DNA of 37,280 bases. Source: a virus. Taxonomy: Duplodnaviria > Caudoviricetes. The DNA lies in IMG/VR virus record IMGVR_UViG_3300030372_000159, positions 1 to 37,280 of that record, one strand, 5' to 3'. The position numbers were made by a program, and so were the translations under genes. Of this stretch, positions 35,801 through 37,280 are shown in pieces. The notes under the pieces were generated by a model. That model saw nothing but the letters and a program-made list of their open reading frames with translations, was not told the origin of the DNA and made no database searches. Each line of letters opens with the position of its first letter. Position 1 is the stretch's first letter.

Positions 35801-37180
35801 GCTATAACAGGTGGATTACCTGCAAATAAAGCAGCTAGAGAAAAATTATTAGCTACAGGTTTTTTACCTTATAGTTTTAGACTTCATGTTACGGAAGAAG
35901 ATATAGAAAAATATGGTTTAGAAGGTAAAGGTTATGAAGTAATATCACACCCTGAGATTCCAGATGTAAAGTTTGTAAGAGGTGCAGATGGTAAACTTGC
36001 TTATAAATATGTTAGTTATAAAAGATTAGACCCTTTTGCAATGTTCTTATCTACATCAGCAGATTTGATGAAAGTTACTGGACTGGTAGGAGAAGAAGCA
36101 CAGTTAGAAAAAGATAGTCTATATCAGGTTGCTATGGCTGCTATGTATAATAACTTAGCTGACAAATCTTACCTAAGAGGTATTACAGAGTTAGTACAGG
36201 TTATGAGAAATGAATCTAGTCTTAATGGTTATCTAATGAACAGGCTTGCAACTTTAGCTGTACCTTTAAGTGGTTTGCAGAAAAATGTTAAGACTGCAAT
36301 TAACTCAGGTTTGTTTGATGAAGACAAGTCAGGCAATATCAGAATGGATAGAAAGATAGCATCAGGAGAGTTTGTTGGAGAAGATGGTCAGCCAAGTCCT
36401 AAATATGCACCAATGATAATGTTGGCAAGACTTATCAATGAGGTGTCAGGTAAAACATCTTTTGGTAATTTTAAAGCAAGACCAATGCAACATCACATAA
36501 CAGGAGAGTTTATAGAAATACCTGTAGGCTTTGGTAAAGATGAATTAAATCCTTTTACAAGTGGTTGGTCACAAAAGTCATTATCAAACAATGATCTAGT
36601 TTTAACTGGTTTACAGGCAGTTGGTCAAGAGTTTAGTCCACCAGCAGATGTACTAAAATCAGAAGATAAATTTGGTAGTCAAATACTTTTAGATTCAGAT
36701 GAATTAGCAAACTTAATATCTGCAACTGCTTTTATTGAGTTATATGAAGGTGGTAAAAGACAGAGAATGTATGATGCAATGAACCAATTATTGTTAAGTC
36801 CTGCTGGTACAAGACTTTTAAATTTAATAGGTGCATTAAAGAACAAAAGAGGTGAGCCTATTACAAATGAAGAAAGAAAAGATTTGTTTAGATTAACAGG
36901 TAATGAATTTTATTTAAATGCTGATTTTGACGATAGTATGAGAGTAGATATTATAGATGCAGCAAGAGATGATTTAGGTCAATTACTAAGTGGCATACAT
37001 ACAAGATATAAAAAAGCAGCTAAAGAAGCATTTATAACTGGCAAAGGATTACCAAAAGGTGTAACTGGACTATCTAAAGAAAAGAAATTACAATATGATG
37101 AGAGGTTTCAAAAACTATTATTATGGGAATCAGGACTTCGTAAAAACGAAACTACTGAAAAACTCAAAACTTTTTTCTAA
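32852..37180 (+). CDS. Internal virion protein D (gp16-like ejection protein)
   Basis: 1442 aa; INSILSSPITH, RFLMAEDEFFK, PFVRTPLN, SYKRLDPF, DKSYLRG; synteny. Confidence 0.85.
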   Translation: MSEEVKQLIETQTGGEAVDIDVDKVVNEIVEEEKSEVVAKDLPQKEEEKIEVNRVETETNKLATKEINNSENINPIDKPATEETSWFGGLKNWYDEKLAENERKYADSKKQMDENTKILQKSVTGKIIRGLINGRIASINELYEFGDDVLDLVMGDLYNSERPADFDLIGYKEGSTNFGFQSPIGGEFEDDEGAVYGISKAISQWIIPTGLVAKSLKKIGLKKFRYAIAGGVVDASLTDPYDANFFDFIEDRFDVANPVLDFLTTPETDADEFEKAARRLTAVMQGFVVGEGIIGKGLPVAGKVVKGIGDKSLQTLFGIKDITKELAGKNGNQLIDFVMEQFYNMKKNPKRRSVIIAKLNDIIQKNGADINKIEVDNVDNNLLVSLNNYKKNLQTSKKLKKYFTDTVGGEGKSLFGVPLKGSKITRTFNAHHLYTKFFVDMKGRTDPNAVFEYISARAAVIKEANKKNVRSLDNMFQKARTQLPLDTYNALSDFVERYGAGGEVDLQASVIAMNDLILESGIVLRDLSSQMHEMLKLSKSGSMNGDLYDVLKKDFAFTLKFLSDTLNVKNAFGSEIGKTLAVMQKTSGDIPRGLDNYLKSSNADRVITDLKTADSLLEKSNIEDPLGNFTVDQILKLADSGDTKALMKVTQQLHLAATNPKALKIILKAQAGNPVIKITNELFINSILSSPITHQVNMISTALNTAVRPLQKVVGGVAERDPAIIKRAIKDLYYLTTASLESMYMAGRAFMNNANIIDSANQTVDMSKLNAIDVSERGFGIKAIHGFYTLPQRFLMAEDEFFKQVNFRAFLRAEIWERASKMKFKDNDSYNKYIEGQFKKVIDVVNKESMLGKLSKQNALLYKKARQYAQEATFTEDLMKGTSGKFVQDLVNDQPLLRQIIPFVRTPLNLIKQFGKSFPLTPYLAKSKLLKENFAFVKEQAEELASSDASVRAIAKGRTITGGMFWGVGLTAAYRINDPTAKVAITGGLPANKAAREKLLATGFLPYSFRLHVTEEDIEKYGLEGKGYEVISHPEIPDVKFVRGADGKLAYKYVSYKRLDPFAMFLSTSADLMKVTGLVGEEAQLEKDSLYQVAMAAMYNNLADKSYLRGITELVQVMRNESSLNGYLMNRLATLAVPLSGLQKNVKTAINSGLFDEDKSGNIRMDRKIASGEFVGEDGQPSPKYAPMIMLARLINEVSGKTSFGNFKARPMQHHITGEFIEIPVGFGKDELNPFTSGWSQKSLSNNDLVLTGLQAVGQEFSPPADVLKSEDKFGSQILLDSDELANLISATAFIELYEGGKRQRMYDAMNQLLLSPAGTRLLNLIGALKNKRGEPITNEERKDLFRLTGNEFYLNADFDDSMRVDIIDAARDDLGQLLSGIHTRYKKAAKEAFITGKGLPKGVTGLSKEKKLQYDERFQKLLLWESGLRKNETTEKLKTFF

Positions 37181-37183
37181 GCT

Positions 37184-37280
37184 ATGGCTACCAACACCAC
37201 CAATACGTTTACTAACCATACAGGAAATGGGTCTGAAGTAAATTTTTCAATTAGTTTTAGTTATATTCTTACTTCAGATG
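37184..37280 (+). CDS. Tail fibre (T7 gp17-like N-terminal adaptor), 3'-truncated
   Basis: MATNTTNTFTNHTGNGSEVNFSISFSYIL (GNG...F.I.F.Y pattern) directly after gp16. Confidence 0.8.
   Translation, partial: MATNTTNTFTNHTGNGSEVNFSISFSYILTSD

Overview
Near-complete, circularly permuted genome of an AT-rich T7-like podovirus (Autographiviridae-like). Gene content suggests a marine picocyanobacterial host, probably Prochlorococcus (inference). The window opens inside a tail-fibre gene, followed by paired tail/adhesin modules, a mixed-strand cassette of membrane/secreted proteins, TerS and TerL. A non-coding genome-end region (9001-9618) comes next. Early genes include an ArdC-like protein, an NrdR-like Zn ribbon and a tyrosine integrase, followed by a T7-type RNA polymerase, SSB, endonuclease I, primase-helicase and exonuclease. 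The late region holds portal, scaffold, a cluster of tiny basic proteins, major capsid, tail tubes A/B, internal virion proteins gp13-gp16 and the start of the gp17-like tail fibre. No DNA polymerase, RNR, psbA/hli or stand-alone endolysin is recognisable. The most notable unexplained structures are: a repeated early-region RNA element (long hairpin, overlapping competing hairpin, CTTTACCAAAC leader); a chain of very basic microproteins around the capsid gene, one with an EF-hand; and an antisense membrane cassette. All calls come from reading motifs and synteny; no database search was run.
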